Of a DNA stretch of 64,000 bases, positions 36,525 to 48,197 are shown one piece after another; the first letter of the stretch is position 1; every line of letters begins with the position of its first letter. The notes beneath the pieces are model-generated. The model made no database searches and was not told where the DNA came from. It was given only the letters and a program-made list of their open reading frames with translations. Source of the DNA: Heteronotia binoei (lineage: Eukaryota); NCBI RefSeq assembly GCF_032191835.1, contig NC_083228.1, forward strand, positions 27,094,001-27,158,000. Reading direction: 5' to 3'. The position numbers and the translations under genes were made by a program.

Positions 36525-36809
36525 AGAAGATGAATAAGATGATATTGGATTTATATCCCGCCCTCCACTCCGAAGAGTCTCAGAGCGGCTCACAATCTCC
36601 TTTACCTTCCTCCCCCACAACAGAAACCCTGTGAGGTGGGTGGGGCTGGAGAGGGCTCTCACAGCAGCTGCCCTTTCAAGGACAACCTCTGCCAGAGCTA
36701 TGGCTGACCCAAGGCCATGCTAGCAGGTGCAAGTGGAGGAGTGGGGAATCAAACCCAGTTCTCCCAGATAAGAGTCCGCACACTTAACCACTACACCAAA
36801 CTGGCTCTC
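36525..36809 (-). mobile_element. Squam3C-like SINE inserted in the CR1 RT
   Basis: Full head (GAGAGCCAGTTTGGTGTAGTGG) and (ctt/cat)n tail; short ctcca duplication at the junctions. Confidence 0.9.
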
Positions 36810-36851
36810 CAGATCATTAATGAACAAGTTAAAGAGCATGGGATCCAGTAC

Positions 36852-38730
36852 TTATTTATTTATTATTTATTTATTACGTTAAGCTTTTATCCCGCCCTCT
36901 CTGCAAGCGGAATCAGGGCAGCTCACAACATCACATTACTTCCATTAAAAACCAATAAAACATATAAAACAATTACATATTTAAATTATTTAAAACATTT
37001 CATGGTGTTGTATTAATACAGTACAGTATAGCAGTTCTGAAAGTTCAATGGTGACCATCGGTACTCTGCATGGTGCTCCATATGATGTCCAGTGGCAGCT
37101 CTCTCTTGGTTAAATGTCGAAGGCTTGTCGGAACAATTCGGTCTTACAGGCCCTGCGGAATGTAGACAAATCCCGCAGGGCCCTTATGGCCTCCGGGAGA
37201 GCATTCCAGAGTTCTGGTGCTGCCACCGAGAAGGCCCTGGCTTGTGTCGTACGCAACCTGGCTTCTTTTGGTCCAGGGATGGACAATAGATTTTTCGTCC
37301 CTGAATGCAGTGCTCTCTGGGGAATATGCAGAAAAGGCGGTCCCGCAGATAGACAGGTCCCTGACCATAAAGGGCTTTAAAGGTCAACACCAACACCTTG
37401 AAACGAACTTGGAACACAACAAGAAGCCAGTGCAGCTCTTTCAGCACTGGCTGAATGTGCTCCCATTGAGGGAGTCTCATTAACAGCCACGCTGCAGCGT
37501 TCTGCACTAGCTGTAGTCTCTGGGTTAGCATCAAGGGTAGCCCCATGTAGAGAGCATTACAGTGATCTATTCTTGAGGTGGCCGTAGCATGGATCACCAT
37601 TGCTAAGTCGTTGTGCTCCAGGAATGGGGCCAGCTGCCGTGCCCGCCGAAGGTGGAAAAAGGCGGATCTAACTGTGGCCGCTACCTGGGCCTCCATTGTA
37701 AGGGAGGACTCAAGGAGCATGCCCAAGCTCCTGCCTTTAGGGGCCGGTATTAATGGCACCCCATCAAGAGCTGGCAGATGAACCCCTCCCCTCGGACCAC
37801 CCCGGCTCAGATAGAGAACCTTCGTCTTCGTCGGATTCAATTTCAGTTGGCTCAACCTGAGCCACGAAGCCACGGCTTCAAGGGCCAGGTCGAGATTTTC
37901 CGGGGTACATTCAGACTGGCTGCCCATCAATAGATAGAGCTGGGTGTCACCTGCATATTGATGACAACCCAGTCCATACCTCCTGGCAATCTGGGCAAGG
38001 GGGCGCATATAGATATTAAATAGCATCGGGGATAGGACTGCTCCCTGTGGCACCCCACAACTGAGAGAGTGCCTCTGGGATGCTTCCTCCCCTATCACCA
38101 CCCTTTGTCCCCGATCTTGGAGAAAGGAGGTCAATCACTGTAAGGCAGACCCCTGAATCCCCACATCGGCAAGGCGGCTAGTCAGTAGCTGATGGTCAAC
38201 CATATCAAAAGCAGCTGACAGATCTAATAACAACAGCACCACTGAGCCGCCCCGATCCAGATGTCGCATGAGGTCATCTATGAGAGCGACCAGAACCGTC
38301 TCCGTCCCGTGACCTGGTTGAAAGCCAGACTGGTATGGATCCAGTGCGGAAGTGTCCTCCAGGATTCCCTGTAGCTGAGTTGCCTTACCCCAAAAGGGAA
38401 GGTTTTATACCGGCTGATAATTTGCCAATACGGCCGGATCTGCAGATGGTTTTTTAAAGAGGGGACGGACCACTGCCTCTTTAAGAGGTGTGGGAAAGAT
38501 CCCTTCTACCAGGGATCTGTTGACAATATCTTGTAGTGGGTCACGTAGCCACGTCTGGCTAGCTTTTATAAGCCAGGACGGGCACGGATCCAACCTACAA
38601 GTCGTAGGGCGTACAGCCAAAAGGATCCTGTCGACTTCCTCCAGGCTGAGTGGGCTGAAAGAATCCAAAATTGGACCAGAAGACCCGCTCGGTGCCCCAA
38701 GTTCTTTTACTGTATCAACTATTGCGGGAA
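36852..38730 (-). mobile_element. 5'-truncated L2 LINE inserted in the CR1 RT
   Basis: ORFs 38405-38764 (RPTTCRLDPCPSWL..LKEAVVRPL) and 37184-38134 (GVPQGAVLSPMLFNIY, QYAGDTQLY); (AAAT)n tail at 36852. Confidence 0.95.
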
Positions 38731-41700
38731 GCCCTGCGGCACCCCACTGCTTACCGTCCTCCACTGCGAAGACTGCCCATTTATACTCACTCTCTGCTTC
38801 CTATTAATTAGCCAGTTTTTTATCCACAAAAGGACCTGTCCTTTTACTCCATGACTCTCGAGCTTACTAAGGAGTCTTTGATGAGGAACTTTATCAAAAG
38901 CTTTCTGGAAGTCAAGATAAACAACATCTATTGGGTCTCCTTTGTCCACATGTTTGTTCATCCCCTCAAAGAAATGTAACAGGTTAGTGAGGCAAGATCT
39001 TCTCTTACAGAACCCATGCTGAGTATTCCTCAATAACTTGTGTTCATCAATGTGCCTACTCATTCTATCCTTGATAATGGTTTCTACCAACTTTCCCGAT
39101 ATTGAAGTCAGACTGACTGGCCTGTAATTTCCCGGATCTTCTCTGGAACCCTTTTTAAAGATGGGGGTGACATTTGCTATCTTCCAGTCCTCAGGAACGG
39201 AGGCAGATTTCAATGAAAGATTACATATTTTTGTCAAGAGATCCACAAGTTCAACTTTGAGTTCTTTCAGAACTCTTGGATGTATGCCATCCGGACCTGG
39301 TGACTTATTAGTTTTTAATTCGTCAATCAGTTGTAGGGCCTCCTCTCTTGTCACCTCAATTTGACTCAGGTCTTTCAGCACCCCTTCCAAAATTAGTGGT
39401 TCTGGAGCAGGCAAACACTTCTAATCTTCCACAGTGAAGACTGAGGCAAAAAAATGCATTCAGCTTCTCAGCCATTTCCCTATCCTCCTTCAGTAATCCT
39501 TTTACCCGTTAGTCATCCAAGAGCCCCACTGCCTCCCTGGCTGGTTTCCTGCTTGTAATATATTTGAAGAATTTTTTATTGTTGGTCTTGATGTTTTTTG
39601 CAATATGCTCCTCATAGTCCCTTTTTGCCTGCCTGATCACAGTCTTGCATTTGATTTGCCACAGCCTGTGTTCCCTTTTATTAATCTCATTTAGACTAGC
39701 TTTTTACCACTTAAAGGAGTCCTTCTTACCTTTTACAGCTTCCATTACTTTGTTCGTTAACCATGCAGACCTTTTCTTATACCTGTTTGTGCCTTTCCTA
39801 ACTTGTGGTATATATTTTATCTGAGCTTCTAGAATTGTAGTTTTAAATAGCCTCCAGGTTCCCCAAGGGTTTTGACTGTATTTACCTTTCCTTTCAGTTT
39901 CCTCTTCACATGCCTCCTCATCTCAGAGAATTTACCCCTTTTAAAATTAAGCATGATTGTGCTGGTCTTTTGCGGCAACTCCCTATTTATACAAATGGTG
40001 AAATCAATAACTTTATAGTCACTGCTCCCAAGCGGTGCAATCACTTTTACATCTCTTACCAAGTCTTGGGCATTACTTAGGACCAAATCCAGGATTGCCC
40101 CACCCCTGGTAGGTTCTGTGACCATCTGCTCCATAGCACAGTCATTGAGAGCATCTAAAAACTCAATCTCTTTCTCTTGACCTGAACAGATATTGACCCA
40201 ATCAATCTGTAGGTAGTTAAAATCACCTATTACGACACAGTTTTTATGTTTAGCCGCTATCTTTAATCCTTCCATCATATTATAATCATCCTCTATCTTT
40301 TCATTTGGTGGGCGATAACAAACTCCCATAGTTAAATTTCCTTTTGGGCCGTCTATTTTGACCCAAAGCATTTCTAGAAGGGAACCTCAGTCTTACTGGA
40401 CTCTATACCCTCTCTGACATATAGAGCTACCCCACCTCCAACCCTTCCCTCCCTATCCTTCCGATATAACTTATATCCAGGAATCACCGTGTCTCACTGA
40501 TTCTCCTCATTCCACCAAGTTTCTGAAATTCCCACGTCTATGTTTTCCCCCAACACTAAACATTCCAACTCACCAATTTTACTTCGAACACTTCTAGCAT
40601 TTGTATACAAACATCTATAATTTCCCTGGCAAGTTAGCCCCGCCACCTTCCTCCTGCTGCCTCGAGACTTTGACAGACACTCCATACTGTTTGTCACCAT
40701 CTCAGTGGACAACTCTGATCCATTACCCGGTAGAAAAGTAACAGCTAACCCTTCATCTCTTTGAGATGAGTCCTCCCGAACCAGAGACATTTCATCTCCT
40801 GTCGGCTTTCCCCCAAGATTTAGTTTAAAAACTGCTCTGCCACCTTTTTGATTTTAAGCTCCAGCAGCTTGGTTCCATCTGGGGCAAGTGGAGACCGTCT
40901 CTTTTGTACAGCTCCCGCTTGTTCCAGAAAGCATCCCAGTGTCTAACAAACTTAAACCCTTCCTCCTTACACCATCGTCTCATCCACACATTGAGACTCC
41001 TAATTTGTGCCTGTCTCTCCTGCCCTGCACGTGGAACAAGTGGCACTTCTAAGAAGGCTACCTTAGAGGTCCTGGCCTTAAGTCTCCTGCCTAGCAGCCT
41101 AAATTTTTCCTCCAGGACCTCACGACTGCATTTCCCCACATCGTTGGTGCCAACATGCACCATGACCACTGGCTCCTTCCCAGCACTGTTTATCAGCCTA
41201 TCTACAACACGCATAATGTCTGCTACGGTCAGTATGCGGTTTTGCCACCCAGCTGTCTACTTGCCTAATGATCGAATCACCAACTAACAAGACCCCCCCC
41301 CCTCCCTGCCCAGGGATGGTTCCCTGGCACGAAAGGATACCCGCTCACCAACTGAAGAAGAGATCCCTTCTGAGGGTACATTCCCCTTATCCTCAGCACG
41401 GTGCCCTGTTCCCTCTCAACCCTCATGCTCCCTGGCAGCAACAGGGCTGCCATGTTCAGAGTGGGGCTCATCTAATACGTTTCCGAGAGTCTTCTCCGAG
41501 TGCCTGCCTGTGTCTGCTTCTCCAGGTCAGTCACCTCGGCCTCAAGGGTATGAACACTTTCCCTGAGTACCAGGAGCTCCTTGCATCGAGCGCACACCCA
41601 AGACTTCTGTCCTGTGGGCAGATAGTCATACATATGACACTCAGTGCAAAACACTGGAAAGCCCCCACCCCCCTGCTCGCATTCTACCTTCATGATAGCT

Positions 41701-42077
41701 TTTTTAAAATATACAGTCCCCTTTTAAATTCTGTTTTATTTATGTGGCTCTCCTTCTGGAGGGTCTGCTTACCTTATTGGGAACACAAGGAAAATAGGGA
41801 GCTGGGTTCCTGGTCCTTACGCAGCCCGCAGGCTAAAAGCCACAGGCAAAGAGCCCTTTAGTTCCCGCCCTTCGGCTCGCGCCAAAGGGTTGCGCCTCTG
41901 GCAAGGCGGAGCTTAATAATGCAAAGAGGGTGGGGCCTCAGTCTGCCCCAGGAACACAGCCACTCCTAATCAATCAGCAACAATCATCTTCAGCCCACTC
42001 AAACCAAACAAACAGCAGTTCCCCAGCAAACTTACTACATTTAAATGCAACAATCAGAAGTAAGCCTATCACTGGGG

Positions 42078-42161
42078 TCTCTTCCCTCCCCAAACCTTGC
42101 CTCCTTAGGCTCCATGCCCCCAAATCTCCAGATATTTCACAATTTAGAACTGGCAGCCCTA
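42078..42161. mobile_element. Second half of the split Blackjack-like MITE
   Basis: tctcttccctccccaaacc...aatctccagatatttcacaatttagaactggcagcccta. Confidence 0.75.
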
Positions 42162-42954
42162 CCAGTCATTTGGTCCATGTGGTTTTCACTGAAATGACAG
42201 CTGTGACATTCTTTGCTGAGCAAGAATGTCACAGCTGTTTTCAAAACTGTGCATGAGTGAAAACACTGCTCATCCAAATAGGTTGGCGGCCATTGCTGTC
42301 ACTAAGATCTACTTAGACAATCACAGAAAGCCCTGATTTATTTTAAAACACAGCATTTTTAATGATTGATTTTCTATGGTTGTGACTTATTTAACCACCA
42401 GCCAATGTGTTCCTGTGCCCAGGGCCAACCTGCCCACTGGCACCCACAGGCAATTGCCTAGGGCACCAGAGGGTGGTGTGTGTGTGCCAGGAGCACCAAA
42501 AGCAGGCAGCCTCACATCACCCTCAATCTGGCCAATAGTGCTCAGATTGCCTGGTCAGCTGGCAACTCCAAACATGTATACCCACCAGTTGGCCAGTCAG
42601 TGTCTGGCTCCAGGTATGCAGGTCTCCATCAACTCAGCCCACCTGGGAGGGGCCACTCAGCCTGGCCAGTCTAGGGTCCCCAAAAGCTACAAGCTGTTCC
42701 TGCATCCTTTCCGTACTGTTGCTCCACCAAAGGTTATTTTGAAGGGAGGGGGGCTAATAGTAGCTGCAGCCGAAGCCACCACATCAGGGGTGTTTCTTGA
42801 CTTCAAACATGGCCACGAAAAACAATAAATAATTCCTTATTAGTCAGGTTACTTGGAGGGACAGCACAGGAATTGTCTAGACAAACAAATAAAATAAATT
42901 GTGTCTGAATATATTTTCCCAAACTGCTGTGGCATCAGATTTGCAGGAATTTGA

Positions 42955-44045
42955 CACCCAAAGAGTAATTAGCATGTGGAATTCACTGCCACAGGAAGTG
43001 GTGGTGGCTACAAGTATAGACAACTTCAAGAGGGGATTGGACAAATATATGAGCAGAAGTCCAACGGTGGCTATTGGCCACAAGATATAGGCCCTTTTCA
43101 CACTTACCAGTGGAAGCCGGAAGGGAGTCGGTATTGTGCCGCTTGCAGTAATCCGAGACAGGGATGGGAGTTTTCAGACACATGTTTTTTTTTTTCCAAT
43201 AGGGTTCCGTGATTGAAGCGAGCCATTTCACACTGTTCCGCTCTTATCTCGCTTCCACCAGCGCCAGCCGTTTTCGCCTGCCGGCTCGCGATCTCCAGCT
43301 TATTTTTTGGGGGGGAACGTCGGGCAAAGATCGCTATAGCACTATAGCAATGCATCACAACAGCAACACCATAGAGATGGCTAGGCTCTATTGAGATAAG
43401 TTACCAGGTTTCAGCGACGGCGATATCTGGCATCTTAATGGAGCCCAGGCATCCCTATGGTGATGCTGTTGTGATACGTCGCTATAGCGCTATAGCGATC
43501 TTAGACGGACGTTACGAAAAAAAAAGCCGGAGATCGCGCACGCCGGCGGACGAAAAAGGGCGCGAAAACTGCTCCCAGATTAGATACTGGACATTTCACA
43601 CAGCACCCCATAGCGATTTCAACCCAGAAGAAGGGGTTGAAAAGTGGAAGAAGCTGCTCTTTGTTAGTAACGACTCAGGCATGCCTCACTACTGGGACAG
43701 CCGCGGGACTGTGTGAAAAGGTGAGAGCATTCTGGTAGCAGCCAGTTACTGAATCGGGTCTGTCTGAAATGCCAGCAGAAACCCGTTACTGTTCAGTAAC
43801 TGACCAGCTGGCATACCGGAATACTTAGGCTGTGTGAAAAAGATCATAGATAGAACACTCAGTCTGTGCCAGTGATGCTCTGTATTCTTGGTGGTTGAGG
43901 GTCCACAGTGGGAGGACTTCTGATGTGCTGGCTCCATTGGTGGACCTCCTGATGGTTCCTGGGTTTTGGCCACTGTGTGACACAGAGTGTTGGACTGGAT
44001 GGGCCATTGACCTGATCCAACATGGCTTCTCTTATATTCTTATGG
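42955..44045 (+). mobile_element. CR1 3' end interrupted by a 756-bp palindromic element
   Basis: acccaaagagtaattagcatgtggaattcactgccacagg...ccacaagatata, resuming gatagaacactc...ggcttctcttatattcttatg. Confidence 0.88.
43090..43845. mobile_element. CpG-rich palindromic non-autonomous DNA transposon (PIF/Harbinger-like), 3-bp TSD ATA
   Basis: Ends ggcccttttcacac / gtgtgaaaaagatc; ATA at 43087-43089 and 43846-43848 restores the CR1 sequence; large internal hairpin at 43271-43556. Confidence 0.8.
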
Positions 44046-44134
44046 CAAGTGTTTCCTGTCCATTTGTATCCTAATGGGTGTTGCCAAAATAAAACTAGCC
44101 TGCCTCAGGTGGGTTCATCTGTGGACAGGTGCAC

Positions 44135-44340
44135 CAACATGGTGCAATGGTTAGACCCAGGTTCAAATCCCCACTGCCATGGGTGACTGGGTGACCTTGG
44201 GCTGCTCACTATCTCTTACCCTAACCTACATCAGAGAGTTTTGTGTGGATAAAAAGGAGGATGGGAGAATGATGTTGTAAACCAATCTGGGTCCCCTTAG
44301 GGGGAAAAGCAGGATACGGATAAATTATTAATTAATGCAA
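44135..44340 (+). mobile_element. Older tRNA-derived SINE (MIR/Ther1/Squam3-related)
   Basis: catggtgcaatggttagacccaggttcaaatccccac head; gggtgaccttgggc core. Confidence 0.6.
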
Positions 44341-45233
44341 TTAATGGAAATTAAAAAGAGAGCTCATGGCATGTCCCTCAGGAGTGGATCTACATTCTTC
44401 CAGTTATGCAGCTGAAATTCTGACTGTGGCACTGGAGCAAATGATGGCTCAAGTACCTGTCTTGTGCCTCCTGCCTTGCTTCAGGTGGGTTGCCTAAAAA
44501 TACCACGTGGATGTGTTTTTAACTGTTCATTCATTATTTTATTAATTTTAAAGGAGGAAACTTTGGAGGGTGGGAGTGGGGTTTTCTTCCCATGAGTGGC
44601 ACAAACGGCAAGTCTGATCCAATGTCTCTAAACTATAAATTCTACCACAACAGGTATCTTTTCTGGCAAACTATACATGACTTTGCTCAAAACGCTACTT
44701 TAATTCACTGAACTTTATGCTGTCTGGACTAAGGACATTATTGCAAAAAGAATCTACTGAAACTTTTCAGTGGACTGGTCAACAATGCTTATGAAGCCAC
44801 TTTTGTGTGACCATCTCTTTCCGGTATGTATTAGACCAGGGGTGTCAAAAGTGCAGCCTGGGGCCACACCCGGCCCACCCAGGGCTGTAGCTCTTTTCTC
44901 TCCCTGCCCCCCTCACCCTTTGAAGCTTGGAGGCTACCAAAGTTCCCAGCTCCTTCTACCTTGCCCTTGCTAGCTTCATTAGGAAGCTTTTCTGAGCTTG
45001 CAAAGCTGCAAAGAAAATGCAGAATGGATTTTCCATTAAGGTCTCTGTGCTCAGATAGACTATTCTGGGAGTAGTTGATCTGGGCCCAGACCTTAATGGA
45101 AAAATCCATTCCATGTTTTCTTTGCTATTTTGTGCTGCAATGTATTTCAATGGAATGGAGCTCATTTCACTTTCCAGCGTTTGTACAGCCAGTTGAAGCT
45201 GTTGTTTGCTGGAATGTCTTGTTGCTGATAAAG

Positions 45234-45531
45234 TAGGGCTGCCAGCCCCTGGTCTGGGCGGGGGAGGTTCCCAACCCGCCGGCCCACATTGGGCTGGTGG
45301 GGGGGACCTCCCCCTACGTTGCTGGCATGATGACATCACCCGGAAATGACATCATCACACCAACGATGGTGTGCAGTGGCTGCTCTAGGTGTTTCCGGGA
45401 AAACTCTATGGTTTTCCTGGACGCTCTAGTCATTGGGAGAGAAAACTCTATGGTGATGTAATTGTGTCATGCGTGCACAAAGCATGCACACAAAAGTCCC
45501 CCACTCGGGACGCAGGGGGCTGGCAACCCTA
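45234..45531. mobile_element. hAT (Blackjack-like) MITE
   Basis: TIRs tagggctgccagc / gctggcaacccta; TSD tgataaag/cgataaag. Confidence 0.9.
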
Positions 45532-46262
45532 CGATAAAGGGTTGATGCTTTGAGCCAGCTTGTCTCTACTGAATGGACCTGAGAACTGGTGCCTAGGGAG
45601 TACTCTAACCTGTGAACCCACAGCCAAAGAGGGATATTACATTGGAAAGCCATTGCCAATCTGAGTAGATACAGGGAATGGGTAGAGAAGCTTGCAATGC
45701 CCAGCCATTTCATGTTTCCCGAGGCTCAAAGCATTTGATATTTTGGGTTTCTGCTGTGATCCTTGTGCTTTTTCTTGATGTTTTATTTTTAAAATTGCAT
45801 TGTCAAATCCCACTATTCCTCCACTTTTCCATTTTAAACCAAATACCGCAAAGAGTTTTAAGTATGTTTGTCTTTTAAGTTAAAAAATAATATATTTAAC
45901 CATGTTTGTCAAAGTTTAGATCTCCACTATTTGGCATGACACATGTAGGTCAGCCCCACAAAGTCCCATTTATGTCAGATCTGGCCCATATAGCAGATGA
46001 GTTCTGCACCCCTGTATTAGACTGTATGGATTGGTTAATTTTATGTATTGTTACCACTTTCTTGTCTACTAAATAAAAGGGAAGGGGAATGTTACTGACC
46101 TGCAACCTCAGACACTCACAACCCTTTAGGGTGGGGAGTATCGCTGGACTTTTAGGAGGCAGCTGGAGTTTGGGTCTCCCTTCCCCCCAGTCCCATGGCT
46201 GCCACCACAGTCTCTCCATTGCCTGTAGCACATCTTGAAACTAGCTGGAGGAGGGATGTGGG

Positions 46263-46450
46263 CAGGGCTTTTTTTTTGTAGCAGAAACTCCTTTGCATAT
46301 TAGGCCATACACCCCTGATGTAGCCAATTTTCCTGGAGCTTACAATAGGCCCTGTAAGAAGAGCCCTGTAAGCTTTTGGAGGATTGGCTACATCAGGGGT
46401 GTGTGGCCTAATATGCAAAGGAGTTCATACTACAAAAAAAAAAAGCCCTG
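46263..46450. mobile_element. hAT-type MITE (same family as 32932-33113)
   Basis: TIRs cagggcttttttttttgtag / ctacaaaaaaaaaagccctg; perfect TSD gatgtggg. Confidence 0.92.
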
Positions 46451-47375
46451 GATGTGGGGTTGGACAGGGAAAGAGGGGCAGAAAGAAAAAGGAAGCAGAG
46501 GAATAGGAAAGTCACAGAGGAAAGAGTAGAAAATGATGGTGAGTGGGGCAAAGAAGAAGAAGGCAACATGATAAGGGAAGAGTGAGGAAGGGGCCAAGAT
46601 GTGGGGGAGCAAGGAAGTGCCAGGAAATGTAATGATGGGTACCATGGCACTCATGGGCACTATGCTAAGAAGTGCTGATCTGTAGGATACAGTCCATGAA
46701 AATCAGATTCCATCTGCGGCTGCAGCAGCAAGGAAGGGAGAAAATGTCACACACTGGTAAGGCTCTTCTCTACTCTCTGTAACAAAGTGGCACAAAAGAA
46801 TTGGAGCCAAGTAACAATGGACAAACTTATGCCCACAAATAAGACAGCTAGTGTCAAAGCCAAATAAGATTTCTTGCAGCAAACAAGTACTCTTTTTGTA
46901 TTTTACATGGAAGAGGTAAGTTTTCCATTTTTAACCACCTGAAAAATAAAAAAAACAGCTTCACTTTCTCCACCTAGGGTTTTAAACACTATGAATCAAA
47001 TGCATCTTGTAACTCTATTATTTGATCGAGATCTGGTTCTTGCAGTTTTGTACATCATTTTTGTGCTCATGTATTTCATGTGCCGTCATCCCTCTACACA
47101 GCTTCTCCATTGTTTTTGGTTGTGTGTTTCAATGAGACTGTAGAGCTTTTAAAGCTGTTACTATATATTAAGATTTCCTATTCAGGCTGCTATTACCTTC
47201 TCTAGTTGAGGCACAAAAGTAGGAAAGGTATTTTTGGGGTCAGACATTGCGTGGATTTGCAACCAGGCCTCAGGTTGCACCCAGGCCTGCTTCCTTTCTC
47301 CAATAGCAGCAAAATCTGATGGACTGGCCACTACAAATGGTCCCCTGTCATTATCTGCAACCCAAACCTCTTTCA

Positions 47376-47380
<5 letters not shown>

Positions 47381-47436
<56 letters not shown>
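47381..47436. repeat. (CT)28 microsatellite
   Basis: Uninterrupted dinucleotide run. Confidence 0.97.
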
Positions 47437-47446
<10 letters not shown>

Positions 47447-48197
47447 ATCATCAGGGCAGAAACTCATTTGTATATTAGGACACCCCCCCTCGATGCCAAC
47501 CCAGCCGGCACTGCGTTCCTGCTTTTTAAAAAAGGCATCGTCAACACCACCTCTCTTCCTGCCCCCCATGTGAATTCGATAATATCCAAACACCCAAATG
47601 AAAGTGAATGGAAAGTAAAACACTTAAATTTAGGAAAAGTTTGTACAAATATGAATTTCAATCAAAATAATTGCCACCACATTAAAAAAAAAATAGCGCA
47701 TGTGTCAGTGCCATAATTATGGCCCACAGTAGCCATCCTACAAAGCACTGTAACCATTACATCCTTTTGATTCTGAACTTTCACTGTGGTTGTCTTATCT
47801 TGTTAATTTTAAACAGAGGCTTAAGATTTCAGTGCTTGTTAACATCATAAACCTGTTTTGTGGGAGCATATCATGGTCTAAGTAGTCCAGATCCTTAACA
47901 ATTGGGGGCTCACTGGTTTGGCTCCATGGTTCGGACCATTCCTGAGTAGGGCTGCCTGGTCTTCCTGTGCCACCGGTGAGGGATGGGGTGGTGCTTGGGG
48001 GTGGTAATAATCAGCTGGTAATCTGGGACATATTGCCTCTGAATTTGGAAATGGTACTATTAGAAAATATGGATAAATCAGCAAGGGCAAAAATAAGAGC
48101 ATTTGCACTATCATCCTAAGTAGTTACACCCTTCTGAGTCCACTGACTTCTGTGAAGTTAGAGTGTAATTCTGATCATAAGGGCACCATTATGGAAC

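Larger units (their letters stand above)
35547..42026 (-). mobile_element. Full-length CR1 LINE (ORF1 zinc finger/leucine zipper + SGNH esterase; ORF2 APE endonuclease + RT), inactivated and interrupted
   Basis: ORF1 pieces FCTECHMYDYLP..WVCARCKELL (41472-41693) and VMVHVGTND (40825-41214); EN CLYTNARS...ISETWW and GDFN (39829-40790); RT KSPGPDGIHPRVLKEL...LDFQKAFDKV...GVPQG (38719-39414), FADDTKL, C-terminus 35838-36443; 3' (ttcttatg)n-type tail at 35547; GC-rich 5' UTR. Confidence 0.96.

Noticed and set aside
37184-39414. Long RT ORFs (316 aa, 231 aa) as active or domesticated genes
   Set aside because: They are fragments of interrupted L2/CR1 copies; the L2 catalytic motif is mutated (YAGD) and there are flanking frameshifts.
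46152-46529. Two antiparallel ORFs both starting MHIRP.TPDVAN
   Set aside because: Produced by internal inverted repeats of the hAT MITE.
47182-47716. Poly-ER and poly-SL ORFs
   Set aside because: Translations of the (CT)28 microsatellite.
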